A DNA stretch of 64,000 bases from an uncultured bacterium. GTDB lineage: Bacteria; Auribacterota; JAFGBW01. Position numbers and translations under genes: made by a program. The first letter of the stretch is position 1. Every line of letters starts with the position of its first letter. Below, piece after piece: positions 29,933 through 39,844 of this stretch. The stretch spans positions 11,046-75,045 of the forward strand of contig CAYUET010000010.1 of the NCBI GenBank assembly GCA_964443875.1, read 5' to 3'. Under the pieces are notes generated by a model that worked only from the letters and a program-made list of their open reading frames with translations, searched no databases and had not been told where the DNA came from.

Positions 29933-30135
29933 TATTTCTTAGCAGCGTATCTCTTCTGGAATCTTTCAAGACGGCCTTCAGCATCAACATATCTCTGCTG
30001 TCCTGTAAAGAAAGGATGGCAGTTTGAACAAATACCCACATTGAGCTCAGGTTTTGTTGAAAACGTTGTGAAAGTGTTTCCGCAAGCGCACTTAATGGTT
30101 GATTCTACGTATTTTGGATGTATACCTTGTTTCAT
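29932..30135 (-). CDS. rpmE: 50S ribosomal protein L31 (Zn-binding type A)
   Basis: [14 protein letters not shown] and [10 protein letters not shown] motifs are present. It has a TAATG overlap with prfA. Confidence 0.95.
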   Translation of the reverse strand: MKQGIHPKYVESTIKCACGNTFTTFSTKPELNVGICSNCHPFFTGQQRYVDAEGRLERFQKRYAAKK

Positions 30136-30206
30136 GTCTTCTATTCCTTATAAATTTTTAAAGCGTTGTAATATCTTACAAAAAATGAAATTTGACAAGT
30201 GTTTTT

Positions 30207-31370
30207 TTAGGTTCTTGAGGGAAGTTTTTGAACTGCCTTGCGGCGCAGAGGGATGGAGATAAAAAAAGTAGTTCCTTCCCCGGGTTTTGACTTTACGGAA
30301 ATGTTTCCCCCGTGATCTTTGATGACTCGGTAAGTGACGAGAAGTCCGAGTCCGTTTCCTGTTTCTTTGGTGGTATAAAAGGGGTCAAAAATACGGGTGA
30401 TTTCAGAGGCGGGGATGCCGGTCCCATAATCGGTTACCTGGATTTCCATGCTGTCTTTTTTTTCACGAAGGGTGATATCCACAAAAGAATCCTCTCTGGA
30501 GATTTCAACGGCATTCAGAAGGACATTGGTGAGGGCCTGTTTGATGCGGTCTGCGTCCATGAAAAGAGCTTCATCATCCGCCGGCTTTTTAAAACGGAAC
30601 CGGACTTTTCCTGCTTTTGCCCTTGCGTCCAGGGTCAGAAGAACACTGTCAATAACCTCTGTTAGGTTTTCAAGGGTAAAGCGGGGGTTGGTGGGACGAA
30701 CCGCATCCAGGAATCCATGAAGAGTGGTGTCGAGCCTTGAAAGCTCGCGGTTCAGGGTGTTGACGGAATTCTGCATCTGGGAACGGTCTTGTTTGGATGG
30801 TTTTGTTTTGGAGAGAAGACGGTTAAGAAGCTGGGCGTGGAGGCTTAACGCTGCAATAGGGTTTCCCAGTTCATGGGCGATGCCGGCGCTGAAGGTGAGG
30901 TTATCGACAAAATCAGGACTGACTTCCCTGGAATCCGATTGAATCTGACGGGTCACATCCTTGATGAAGAAAATCCTAAGCGGGGGAGCTTCCCGCCTTT
31001 CAAAGGGAATGCAGGTAATGCTGAGATATTGAAGCTCAGGATTTAAAAGTTCAATCTCCCGGTGAAAGGACAGAAAATCAAGGCTGCGTGTGGAGTCGAG
31101 GATTTCTTTGAAAAAAGAAGGGAATATCTTTTCTTCGGGAAGGTCTTCCCAGTTGTTGGGGGAAAAATAGTTTTGGGCCTGTTTGTTTGAAAAGAAAATC
31201 TGATCTTTTTCATCTGCAACCAGTATTCCGTCCGGAATCCAGTGAAGAAGGCGTTCGTAAAGATCTTTTTCGGATTTGATATCCTTGAGCTGCTGTTTCA
31301 GATCTTTTTTTTCAACAAGATTCAGTTCAATCTCGCCCTGAAGATTTTTCATAAACGAACCCCGAGTCAT
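30207..31370 (-). CDS. Cytoplasmic PAS-domain sensor histidine kinase
   Basis: The H-box is AGIAHELGNPI. The HATPase N box is NVLLNAVE and the G boxes are DYGTGI and GNGLGL. No TM segment is seen. Confidence 0.85.
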   Translation of the reverse strand: MTRGSFMKNLQGEIELNLVEKKDLKQQLKDIKSEKDLYERLLHWIPDGILVADEKDQIFFSNKQAQNYFSPNNWEDLPEEKIFPSFFKEILDSTRSLDFLSFHREIELLNPELQYLSITCIPFERREAPPLRIFFIKDVTRQIQSDSREVSPDFVDNLTFSAGIAHELGNPIAALSLHAQLLNRLLSKTKPSKQDRSQMQNSVNTLNRELSRLDTTLHGFLDAVRPTNPRFTLENLTEVIDSVLLTLDARAKAGKVRFRFKKPADDEALFMDADRIKQALTNVLLNAVEISREDSFVDITLREKKDSMEIQVTDYGTGIPASEITRIFDPFYTTKETGNGLGLLVTYRVIKDHGGNISVKSKPGEGTTFFISIPLRRKAVQKLPSRT

Positions 31371-31381
31371 ATTTAAAAAAA

Positions 31382-31759
31382 TTATAAAATTCTGTTTATC
31401 TGATTCAGGAAAACCGGAAAATCCAGAGGTTTCGGAAAAAGGGCCAGGGCTCCTGTTTTTTCAAGCCAGTTGCTTTCCATCCGGTCCAGCAGGAAGGAAA
31501 GCGCAGAAAGCAGGACGACTTTAGGTCTTGACTCCACGCGGAGTGTGCTGATCCTTTTACAGATTTCAAATCCGTCCATTTGCGGAAGCATGATATCCAG
31601 AATGACAAGATCCGGTTTGAAATCGAGGATAAGAGACATCCCCTCCTCCCCCTGAGAGGTTTTCTGCAGGGTAAAGGAGTCCTCCGTGGACAAAAGATTA
31701 TAGAGAGCTTCCAGAATAAGGGGATCATCGTCTATCAATAAAATTTTTTTCTTGTTCAT
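31382..31759 (-). CDS. Single-domain response regulator
   Basis: ILLIDDDP, DLVILDIMLPQMDG and a FPKP-type motif are present. It sits directly upstream of the histidine kinase in the same operon. Confidence 0.85.
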   Translation of the reverse strand: MNKKKILLIDDDPLILEALYNLLSTEDSFTLQKTSQGEEGMSLILDFKPDLVILDIMLPQMDGFEICKRISTLRVESRPKVVLLSALSFLLDRMESNWLEKTGALALFPKPLDFPVFLNQINRIL

Positions 31760-31908
31760 CTTGTCTCCTGTTTCTTTAATAGCAATTTACCGGCGGATTT
31801 TTCAACCTTTATTTAATTTCAGTTTTTAAATAACATGCATATTTTTCTGATTTTTAAATAGACTCTGGCAAATGAACTGGTTTATAACTTGGTAAGTATA
31901 AAAAAAGG

Positions 31909-32508
31909 ATGCTGATTATGACGTTCATTCTTGCATTGATTGACAGTATAATGATTTTTCTGACCTTTCTGGCCGGGCTTTTATGCGGGCTGTTTTATGT
32001 CGAATTTCCTTTTTCACGGGAGGAATGTCTGGCCTCCATTCAGACATCACTGACACAGGAGCAGTATCAGCCTTATGGGTTTATTTTTTCCATGGGGTTC
32101 ATGTTTCTGGCTTTTTTTGCGCTCTATTTCAGAAGGAAAAGATCGCAGGTGAAAATTTCAGATGATATTGTTTTTATTACCAAAAAAGGAAACAGCATTC
32201 AGATCTCCAATAAAGCCATGACCGAATATGTCTTTAAACTGGTAAAATCCCTGGATGCGGTACATTCGGCATCGGTGAGTATTGCCCCTCTGCCTAAAAA
32301 CCGGATGCACATGAAGATAATCCTTTCCTTATGGGACGGATTCAGCTATCCGGAAGCGAATGACAGGCTTCAGGACATGATCCGGAATAAGGTCAGGGAA
32401 GATCTTGGCGTGGACAATATTTCTTCCATCGCCATTATCCTGGACAAGATCGTGCAGACAAAAACCACCCTTGTTCCAATTGAAGAAGAAGTGAACATCA
32501 AAGAGTGA
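31909..32508 (+). CDS. Membrane-anchored Asp23/Gls24-like protein (AmaP-like)
   Basis: There are two N-terminal TM segments. The C-terminal pattern ISNKAMTEYV...VHSASVSI...MHMKIILSL...GVDNISSIAIILDKI resembles the Asp23 family. Confidence 0.4.
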   Translation: MLIMTFILALIDSIMIFLTFLAGLLCGLFYVEFPFSREECLASIQTSLTQEQYQPYGFIFSMGFMFLAFFALYFRRKRSQVKISDDIVFITKKGNSIQISNKAMTEYVFKLVKSLDAVHSASVSIAPLPKNRMHMKIILSLWDGFSYPEANDRLQDMIRNKVREDLGVDNISSIAIILDKIVQTKTTLVPIEEEVNIKE

Positions 32509-32960
32509 ATTTCTTCAGGTCAGCCCAGGCCTTTTTAGAAGTCTTTCCGTCCGTGTCAGGACTCGTCTTTACCAACGGATGTTTTGACGTCCTGCATGTC
32601 GGGCATGTCCGTTATTTAATCGCCTCCAAAGCATTGGGAAATTTTCAGGTGATCGGCCTTAATTCCGATCAGTCGGTCAAAAGACTCAAAGGCCCCGGAA
32701 GACCCTTAAACCGGGAAGAGGACAGGGCAGAAGTCCTTTTAGGCCTTAAATCCGTGGATGCCGTGGTTTTGTTTGATGAGGAAACCCCCTATGCGCTTAT
32801 CAGGGCTCTTAAGCCCCGGGTTCTTACCAAGGGCGGAGATTACAGGCGGGATATGATTGTGGGGGCGGATCTTGTTGAATCAGGCGGAGGTAAAGTCGTG
32901 GTCATCCCTTTTGAGTCGGGATACTCCACAACAGGGCTTGTCAATAAAATCAAACAATGA
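32505..32960 (+). CDS. hldE: D-glycero-beta-D-manno-heptose 1-phosphate adenylyltransferase (RfaE/HldE domain II only)
   Basis: FTNGCFDVLHVGHVRYL is the cytidylyltransferase HxGH motif. The 151 aa product has a GTGA overlap with the upstream stop. Confidence 0.85.
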   Translation: MNFFRSAQAFLEVFPSVSGLVFTNGCFDVLHVGHVRYLIASKALGNFQVIGLNSDQSVKRLKGPGRPLNREEDRAEVLLGLKSVDAVVLFDEETPYALIRALKPRVLTKGGDYRRDMIVGADLVESGGGKVVVIPFESGYSTTGLVNKIKQ

Positions 32961-33370
32961 AGTTTAATCCCTACGATGATCCCTTTTTTTCTGAAATCAA
33001 AACAGAAAAAACGGATTATAAGGTTGAGCATTCTAAAAATCCTGATGCCATTCATCCCAAAGAGGATCTGCTCAAAGAGGAGGCCAGAAAGAAAAGGGAG
33101 AAAAGAGAGCCCCCGGACCGTGCAGGCGATCATGTCAGAGAATTAGCCAAAGCCGCTGAAAAAGCGCATGAATACTTTTCAGCCCATCACATCCCCTACC
33201 GTTTCTGCATTTATGAGGAGGGAAAGGATGTTTTCATTGATATTGTCCGGTTGGACGCCGGAGGAAAGCCGGAAAAGACCCTGAAAAAAAATATTACGCG
33301 TGAGGATTTCTGGAAGTGGATGGATATTCTTGAAAATCACGACGGTATGATCCTTGATGAAAGCATGTAG
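32957..33370 (+). CDS. Hypothetical protein with weak FlaG-like C-terminal pattern
   Basis: It has an ATGA overlap with the hldE stop. YRFCIYEEGKDVFIDIVRLDAGGKPEKTLKKNITREDF resembles the FlaG family pattern, but no flagellar genes are nearby. Confidence 0.3.
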   Translation: MKFNPYDDPFFSEIKTEKTDYKVEHSKNPDAIHPKEDLLKEEARKKREKREPPDRAGDHVRELAKAAEKAHEYFSAHHIPYRFCIYEEGKDVFIDIVRLDAGGKPEKTLKKNITREDFWKWMDILENHDGMILDESM

Positions 33371-33432
33371 ATTTTATTCGACTTGCCTGCTTCTTTACGT
33401 TATTTTCCTTCATTAAGAAAAGAGGATGAGTG

Positions 33433-34680
33433 ATGAATGAATGGATAGAGAATTTTCTTTATAAGGACCTGCCGGATAAAAATTACTGGATCAGAATTTT
33501 TCAGAATTGTGTGAAATTTCTTTATTTTGTGAAGGTGGGATTTAAAACCAAACTTTTTTTACAGCGTGCCGCCGATCTCGCGTATATTTCGCTTGTGGCT
33601 CTGGTTCCAACCCTGGCGATTTTTCTTTCGATCATCTCCAGCGTTAAATTTTTCCCCCAGAATATTGAGAAAAAAATAGAAATTCTGATTTTTCAATACA
33701 TCATTCCTGAAACCAGCCAGAAATTGAGTGAAAATGTGGCTTTGTATGCCCAGGATTTTGCCAATGCCGCCGGAACCATCGGTTTGATCGGTACTTTGTG
33801 CATGCTTTTCACCGTGTATCTTCTTCTGAGCACCATTGAAAGCCATTTCAATGATATCATGAATGCGGAAAGGGAACGCAGTATTTTTCATAAGCTTTCT
33901 GCCTATACTTCCAGCATGGTATGGATTTCTTTTCTGGTAGGTCTTTCTTTTGCCCTGGAGTCCAACGTCGGGATTCCCTTTATCAACAAATTGAATACTT
34001 TTTATTATTACATCCTGATTGTTGGGATTTTTACCCTGTCTTATAAAATTATCCCCACACGGCAGGTGCCCACCTTTAACGCTTTGGTGGGGGGGGCTTC
34101 CGCGGCTATTCTTTGGGGTTTGGCCAACCGCACCTTTACGGACATCGTTTCTAAAATGGTGAATTATGATAAAATATACGGTGCTTTGGGGGCGATCCCT
34201 TTGTTTCTTTTATGGCTGTATATGGTCTGGCTTGTCGTTTTGATCGGTATGGAAATTACCTATGTTTCCCAGTATTTCAAATCCATTGAGCTTGAACTCT
34301 CCCCTGTCAAATCCCTGGACCGATGGGTGGTCCGCATTCTTTCGATGATAGGTCGTGCCTATCTTAAAGGACAGAATATCACTTATTCCCGGTTTCTCAA
34401 CGATCTGAATATAGCAGAAAAGGATTTGAAGAAAATTATGGATGGCCTGGAGGAGCAGGGTGTGATTGTCCATCTGTATCAGCCTGAAAATACCTATACC
34501 CTTGCCCGGAATCCGGATCACATCCTGATATGGAAGGCTGTTTCCCTTTATAATGACTCTTTCACTTTCAAGGAGGGAAAAGAGCTTTCCTCTGTGGAAT
34601 ATATTCCGATCCGTTATGATCTGCCGAAGGAAATCTCCAACCTTTCCCTTGGAGACTGGCTGAAAAAAAATCCCCTTTAA
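33433..34680 (+). CDS. YihY/BrkB family membrane protein with a C-terminal soluble extension
   Basis: AADLAYISLVALVP, about six TM segments and YGALGAIPLFLLWLY match the family. An extra roughly 120 aa C-terminal region looks winged-helix-like. Confidence 0.7.
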   Translation: MNEWIENFLYKDLPDKNYWIRIFQNCVKFLYFVKVGFKTKLFLQRAADLAYISLVALVPTLAIFLSIISSVKFFPQNIEKKIEILIFQYIIPETSQKLSENVALYAQDFANAAGTIGLIGTLCMLFTVYLLLSTIESHFNDIMNAERERSIFHKLSAYTSSMVWISFLVGLSFALESNVGIPFINKLNTFYYYILIVGIFTLSYKIIPTRQVPTFNALVGGASAAILWGLANRTFTDIVSKMVNYDKIYGALGAIPLFLLWLYMVWLVVLIGMEITYVSQYFKSIELELSPVKSLDRWVVRILSMIGRAYLKGQNITYSRFLNDLNIAEKDLKKIMDGLEEQGVIVHLYQPENTYTLARNPDHILIWKAVSLYNDSFTFKEGKELSSVEYIPIRYDLPKEISNLSLGDWLKKNPL

Positions 34681-34692
34681 GGAATCTTCCTT

Positions 34693-35706
34693 ATGGATAA
34701 AGAAGGTTTATGGCAGGAATCTTTGCCGGAAAAAAAAGTCCGCTGTCTCTTGTGTCCAAGGCATTGTGTTCTCTCTCCCGGACAGAGGGGCTTTTGTTTT
34801 GGACGGATAAACCGGGAGGGGAAGCTTTTTTTGAATGTCTATGGAAAAAGTACCGGTTTTGCCATTGATCCTGTGGAAAAAAAACCTCTGCATCAGTTTT
34901 TTCCAGGCTCCTCCACCTTTAGCTTCGGAACCATCGGCTGTAATTTAAACTGCCTCTTCTGCCAGAATTCCCCTATTTCCCGAGCTTCAAAAATGGAGCT
35001 TCTGACTGAAGAAGGCTCCCCGGACCAGATTGTCCGGGCCGCAAAGCACTATGGCTGCCAGAGTGTATCCTTCACCTACAATGAACCCATCGTTTTTTCA
35101 GAATACGCGATGGATACTGCAGATCAATGTCATGAACAGGGGCTGAAAACCATTGCCGTGACTGCCGGGTATATTGAGCCCTTGCCTGCAAAGGATTTTT
35201 TCAGCCGGATGGATGCCGCGAATGTGGATTTGAAAGGTTTTTCAGAGAATTTTTATAAAAAATACAGCCAGGCGGATTTAAAAACCGTACTGAATACCCT
35301 TAAGTTTTTAAAGCATGAAACCGGGGTATGGCTGGAAATCACCAATCTGATTATTCCTGCACTCAACGATGAAGAGGGGATGATCCGTTCCATGTGCCGG
35401 TGGATTGTTAAAGAATTAGGCAGGGACGTGCCTCTTCATTTTTCCGCTTTTTATCCCTGTTACAAAATGATGGATCGTCCGCGCACCCCTTTATCCACTC
35501 TGAGAAGGGCCTATGAAATTGCCGTGGAAGAGGGGATCCTTTATGTCTATACCGGAAATGTTTCCTGGCCTGAAGGGGAGGCGACCTATTGTCCCGGCTG
35601 CGGGAAAAAAGTGATTGCACGAAGCGGATATGAGATTCAGGAACAGCATCTTAAGGGGAATGAATGCGGATACTGCAGGGAAATGGTGGCGGGGAGGTAT
35701 GTGTAA
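34693..35706 (+). CDS. amrS: AmmeMemoRadiSam-system radical SAM enzyme (PFL-activase-like)
   Basis: The N-terminal auxiliary Cys motif is CLLCPRHCVLSPGQRGFC. GCNLNCLFCQN is the CxxxCxxC motif. C-terminal CPGCG..CGYC motifs are also present. Confidence 0.75.
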   Translation: MDKEGLWQESLPEKKVRCLLCPRHCVLSPGQRGFCFGRINREGKLFLNVYGKSTGFAIDPVEKKPLHQFFPGSSTFSFGTIGCNLNCLFCQNSPISRASKMELLTEEGSPDQIVRAAKHYGCQSVSFTYNEPIVFSEYAMDTADQCHEQGLKTIAVTAGYIEPLPAKDFFSRMDAANVDLKGFSENFYKKYSQADLKTVLNTLKFLKHETGVWLEITNLIIPALNDEEGMIRSMCRWIVKELGRDVPLHFSAFYPCYKMMDRPRTPLSTLRRAYEIAVEEGILYVYTGNVSWPEGEATYCPGCGKKVIARSGYEIQEQHLKGNECGYCREMVAGRYV

Positions 35707-35723
35707 AAATGGAAGGGAGGCAA

Positions 35724-35806
35724 TGCCTGGAGTGGGAGTCGAACCCACATGTTCGTAAGAACAGCGGTTTTTGAGACCGCCGCGTATGCCATTCCGCCAT
35801 CCAGGC
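35724..35806 (-). tRNA. tRNA-Leu (anticodon CAA), class II with long variable arm
   Basis: The reverse complement folds as acceptor GCCTGGA/TCCAGGC, anticodon stem GCGGT/ACCGC with loop CTCAAAA, variable arm TGTTC-TTAC-GAACA, and T arm GTGGG-TTCGACT-CCCAC. Confidence 0.9.
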
Positions 35807-35969
35807 AAAAAAAACTGAGGCCTATCTTTTAAAGGAACTTAAAGCATCTGACAATAAAAATTTTGTTCATGATCCAACCCCCTAAAAGGGGGGCAGCGGA
35901 GTGTGAAGAACGTTGTAACCATTCCAGAGGCAATCCGGGTCAGGGACGGACTGATACAGGGATGAAACC

Positions 35970-37661
35970 ATGTATTCCAGAGAAGGGGTGATTTTGAAAC
36001 AGATCTGCGGAAAAATTCTTCATATCGATTTATCCATGAAAACCAAGGAAATCCTTGAGCCGGATCAAAAGCTTTATCAGCACTATCTCGGGGGCAGAGG
36101 GCTGGCTCAGGTTTATTATTCGGCCTCTGCGACAAAAGATTGTACCCATCCGCAGATGCCTCTGCTTTTATTTGCCGGCGCACTTGCCGGTTCCGGGGCA
36201 AAAGCCTCGGACTTTGCCACCCTTATGACCAGGTCTCCTGTAACCGGGGCCGTTACAGCCTGGCCGGTTCCTGAATGGGGAAGAAAGCTCAAATCCCTGG
36301 GTTTTGACGGGCTGATGATTACAGGCAAAGCAGATCATTTGTGCGGGATAAGAGTGAGGGAGACAGGCCTATCTATTGAAGAGGCGTCAGATTTTTCAGG
36401 GTTTTCCTTTAAGAAACTTTCCGGTGTTTTGGGTGTAAAAGAGGGCCTCGCCTCAATCGGTAAGGCTTCAGAAAATAACGTTTTATTTTCTTCCCCTGTA
36501 TTTGACGGACGGGTGATTGGCCGCGGAGGCGGCGGGCTTGTATGGGCATCCAAGAATCTTAAATATCTGGTCCTGGAGGAAGGAAGTTCCGGAAATTCAG
36601 GAGATTCTCAGACAATGGAATCCGCCAATCAGGATGTATTAAGGCTCATCATGGCTTCGCCTGTTCTTACCGGAGAATACGGGATAGGGAATTTCGGAGA
36701 TGCAGCTTTACTGGATCTGGTGAATGCCAAATCATTCCTGCCCTCCTCTTTTTATACGCAGACCCGATTTAAAGAGATTGAAAAAATCAATGCCCCTGCC
36801 TTTCACAGGGAGTATAAGCCTTTGAAGCATTCCTGCCGAAACTGCCCGGTGGGCTGCGGGTTTAAGACGGCTGACGGAAAACCATTCCCCGATTATGAGG
36901 CCATTGCCGGTTTCGGGGCGCTTCTGGATAATACCGATCAAGACTCCATTCTTGCCGCATCTGCGCTTTGCCATGAGGAGGGTCTTGAGCCTTTAGCGGC
37001 CGCTTGTGTACTGGCTTTTTATCTGAAGCAGCAGACCATTCCCGCAGAGAATCTTCTTTTGTGGATTGAAAAGATCATCCGCTGTGAAGAGGAAGGATAC
37101 CTGCTTGCAAAAGGAACCTGGCGTTATGCCTTGTCCACTGGCACAGAGGATGAGTCCCGGACTGTAAAGCATCTGGATCTTCCCCTGTTTGATCCCCGGG
37201 GGAGCTGTGGCCTTGCTTTGTCCTATGTCACGGGGACCATGGGCCCTTCGACTCATACCGCATTTCCCTTAAGTCATGAACTCCTGCGTAAGCCTCTTGC
37301 CACAAACCGTTTTTCCTGGGACATGAAGGTCCGGATGCTGGTGATTTCCGAGGATACCCATGCAGTGGCGCATGCTCTGGGGGTCTGCCCCTGGGTGCTT
37401 ATGGCGGCTTCCCTGGAGGAGTACGCAAAGGTCTTTACGGCAGCCTTTGAAATCGAGACGACAGCCCAGGATCTTTTAAAGGTCGGGGAGAGAATCTTCA
37501 AGGGAGAACGGTTGATCAACCGGGTCTGCGGAATCGGGGGAGGGGAGGATATTCTTCCTGAATTCTTTTTTAAGGAAGAGGGGGGGGCAGATTCAGTTCC
37601 CCCTTTAAATAAAGAGGAGTTTTTAAAAGCACTTCAGACTTACAATCAGATACGGGATTGA
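35970..37661 (+). CDS. aor: Aldehyde:ferredoxin oxidoreductase family (tungstopterin enzyme)
   Basis: GKILHIDLS...YLGGRGLA is the AOR N-terminal domain, and CRNCPVGC is the 4Fe-4S motif. The start could be a few codons downstream at a GTG or TTG. Confidence 0.8.
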   Translation: MYSREGVILKQICGKILHIDLSMKTKEILEPDQKLYQHYLGGRGLAQVYYSASATKDCTHPQMPLLLFAGALAGSGAKASDFATLMTRSPVTGAVTAWPVPEWGRKLKSLGFDGLMITGKADHLCGIRVRETGLSIEEASDFSGFSFKKLSGVLGVKEGLASIGKASENNVLFSSPVFDGRVIGRGGGGLVWASKNLKYLVLEEGSSGNSGDSQTMESANQDVLRLIMASPVLTGEYGIGNFGDAALLDLVNAKSFLPSSFYTQTRFKEIEKINAPAFHREYKPLKHSCRNCPVGCGFKTADGKPFPDYEAIAGFGALLDNTDQDSILAASALCHEEGLEPLAAACVLAFYLKQQTIPAENLLLWIEKIIRCEEEGYLLAKGTWRYALSTGTEDESRTVKHLDLPLFDPRGSCGLALSYVTGTMGPSTHTAFPLSHELLRKPLATNRFSWDMKVRMLVISEDTHAVAHALGVCPWVLMAASLEEYAKVFTAAFEIETTAQDLLKVGERIFKGERLINRVCGIGGGEDILPEFFFKEEGGADSVPPLNKEEFLKALQTYNQIRD

Positions 37662-37723
37662 GCGGAATTTTCTTTTCCATTTCCATTCTTGAAATTTCCG
37701 GGAAAAAGCGTTAAAGGTTTTTT

Positions 37724-38950
37724 ATGGAAACCGAACGCATTGCTTACTGGAAAGCTTTATTTCATTCCTCCACCGACCAGGCCGTGTCGGAGTTTGGAGG
37801 GGAGTCGGAAGAGCTTATTCAGCATATGGCGGAACTGCTGGGGGTGGATTTTTTTCTGGAGGTGCTGCAGCACGCTGCCTCTGACACGGCGGCAACCCTT
37901 TTGCGATGTCTTCCCGAACCGGTAAGGCGCACGCTCCTTCCCAGAGTGTCTCCGGAACAGGCCCGGTCTTTACTTGAGCTTTTATCCTATCCTCCGGACA
38001 CTGCCGGAGCCCTGATGTCCAAGGAATTCATTGCTGTTCCTGTTGATTTTACGATTCACCAGGCGACGGAGCACCTTCATGCCCTGTCTGTCAGCAATAA
38101 GAAATACAAGGTTGCCTATATCTATGGTGTGGATTCGGAAAAACGTCTGGAAGGGGTCATTCAGCTCCGGGATTTTTTATTTTTCCCTGAGAATACCCCC
38201 CTGAGACAGATCCTGAGAACGCCTGTGGTTCAGGTGGAAACAGGGATGAAACAAATGGATGTTGCCAGGCTTCTGGAACGCCATCATTACCTGGGGCTGC
38301 CGGTCGTTGATTCTTCACAGAGAATGGCGGGGATCATTAATGCGGACAAGGTCCTTAAAGTATTTGAAGATGAAGCGAGTGACGATATCGCCAAATTCGT
38401 CGGAACGAATGCGGATGAAATCAGAACAAGTTCTGTCCCCCGTATTTTAAGACTTCGTCTGCCCTGGCTCTGTTTCAACATTGCAAGCGGGCTTCTGTGC
38501 GCCTACATTTCCGGCCTGTTTCAGGATGTTCCGACTTTATCCCTGCTTTTTTTGTTTGTTCCTTTGATTCTGGGAATTTCGGAAAGTTCAGGCGTGCAGA
38601 GCGCAACCCTGATCGTCCGCAATATTTCCCTGGGAAAAAACCGCCTGGAAAATCTGAAACCGTTTATCAAGCGTGAAATTGCAGTCGGCCTGATGACCGG
38701 GTTAATTTGCGGGGGGCTTGTGGGTTTCTTCACCCTTTTGTGGAATGCCAGGTCTTCCCTGGGATTTGCCATAGGCTCTTCCATGAGTCTGACCATTACC
38801 TTTTCCACTTTTGTGGGGCTTTGTCTGCCCATATTTTTCCAGAAATTCAAGATCGATCCTGCGATTGCTTCAGGCCCTCTGGTGCTTGCCCTATGCGATA
38901 TTCTGACCCTGCTGATCTATTTCAACCTGTCAGGGCATTTTCTTCGTTAA
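37724..38950 (+). CDS. mgtE: Magnesium transporter MgtE
   Basis: The MgtE_N region, tandem CBS domains (LGLPVVD) and a five-TM C-terminus with ASGPLV..L.D are present. Confidence 0.9.
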   Translation: METERIAYWKALFHSSTDQAVSEFGGESEELIQHMAELLGVDFFLEVLQHAASDTAATLLRCLPEPVRRTLLPRVSPEQARSLLELLSYPPDTAGALMSKEFIAVPVDFTIHQATEHLHALSVSNKKYKVAYIYGVDSEKRLEGVIQLRDFLFFPENTPLRQILRTPVVQVETGMKQMDVARLLERHHYLGLPVVDSSQRMAGIINADKVLKVFEDEASDDIAKFVGTNADEIRTSSVPRILRLRLPWLCFNIASGLLCAYISGLFQDVPTLSLLFLFVPLILGISESSGVQSATLIVRNISLGKNRLENLKPFIKREIAVGLMTGLICGGLVGFFTLLWNARSSLGFAIGSSMSLTITFSTFVGLCLPIFFQKFKIDPAIASGPLVLALCDILTLLIYFNLSGHFLR

Positions 38951-38972
38951 TTTTTCCGGCTTTTTTCAGGTC

Positions 38973-39731
38973 TCAGACTTTCAGTCTTCGGAGGATTTGT
39001 TTGTGGAGCTTAGGCGTTGCCGCAACAATGGAGGTTGCATTTTCCGGGGCCTCCCCTTCCCAGCTGGTAATAATTCCCCCTGCGCCCTTAATCACGGGAA
39101 TGAGTGCCTGGATGTCCCAGTAGTTCATGATTGGATCCATGGCAATGTCGGCATAGCCGCGGGCCAGAAGGGTATACATGTAGCAGTCTCCCCAGTTGCG
39201 GTAAAATTTAACCGAACGTGCGAGATTCAGGAAGGATTCTTTATTTTTGTGTTTTTCAACATCCAGATAATCGGTGGTCAGAAGCACGGCCTCTTTGAGT
39301 GAGGAGGTTTCACGGACTTTGATTTTTTTGCCGTTTAAAGTAGCGGGTTTATCCTCAATTCCCAAAAAAAGTTCATTTTGCGCAGGCAGGTGGATAACCC
39401 CCAGAACGGGTCTTTTGTTTTTTAAAAGGGCGATCAGTGTTCCGAAAAGGGGGACCCCGCAGATAAAGGATTTTGTGCCGTCAATGGGGTCGAGCACCCA
39501 GATGTATTCCGCATTTTCACCGCTGTTTCCGAATTCTTCTCCGATTATGCCGTGATCCGGAAAGTGTTTCCCGATGAGCTTCCGCAGGAGTTCTTCCGCT
39601 TTTCGGTCGGCAATGGTTACGGGAGAGGCGTCTTTCTTGGTGTCCACCTGAACGGACTTTTTAAAATACGGCATGATGATTTTTTTGGATTCTTCTGCCA
39701 GCATACAGGCAAAACGGCTCAGCTCTTTCAT
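38973..39731 (-). CDS. Inositol monophosphatase family protein (SuhB/HisN-like)
   Basis: IGEE, WVLDPIDGTKSF and WD...A motifs are present. Confidence 0.8.
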   Translation of the reverse strand: MKELSRFACMLAEESKKIIMPYFKKSVQVDTKKDASPVTIADRKAEELLRKLIGKHFPDHGIIGEEFGNSGENAEYIWVLDPIDGTKSFICGVPLFGTLIALLKNKRPVLGVIHLPAQNELFLGIEDKPATLNGKKIKVRETSSLKEAVLLTTDYLDVEKHKNKESFLNLARSVKFYRNWGDCYMYTLLARGYADIAMDPIMNYWDIQALIPVIKGAGGIITSWEGEAPENATSIVAATPKLHKQILRRLKV

Positions 39732-39844
39732 AAAAACTCCCTTTTAAATTTAAAAAATATTGTAGTGAAAAACAAAGAAAAGGGAAGAGTTAAACAAGAG
39801 ACTCTGAAATTGATTAAAAGGCTTCTGAAAAAGAGTGATGTCTG

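Noticed and set aside
35807-35969. Possible Moco/Tuco riboswitch upstream of the tungsten-type AOR, including the hairpin CCCCCT-AAAA-GGGGGG at about 35877-35893.
   Set aside because: I could not find the conserved Moco-motif elements as I remember them (a CCUCCGAG-like box and a GGAAAGG-like box). The hairpin alone is not diagnostic. A covariance-model scan would be needed.
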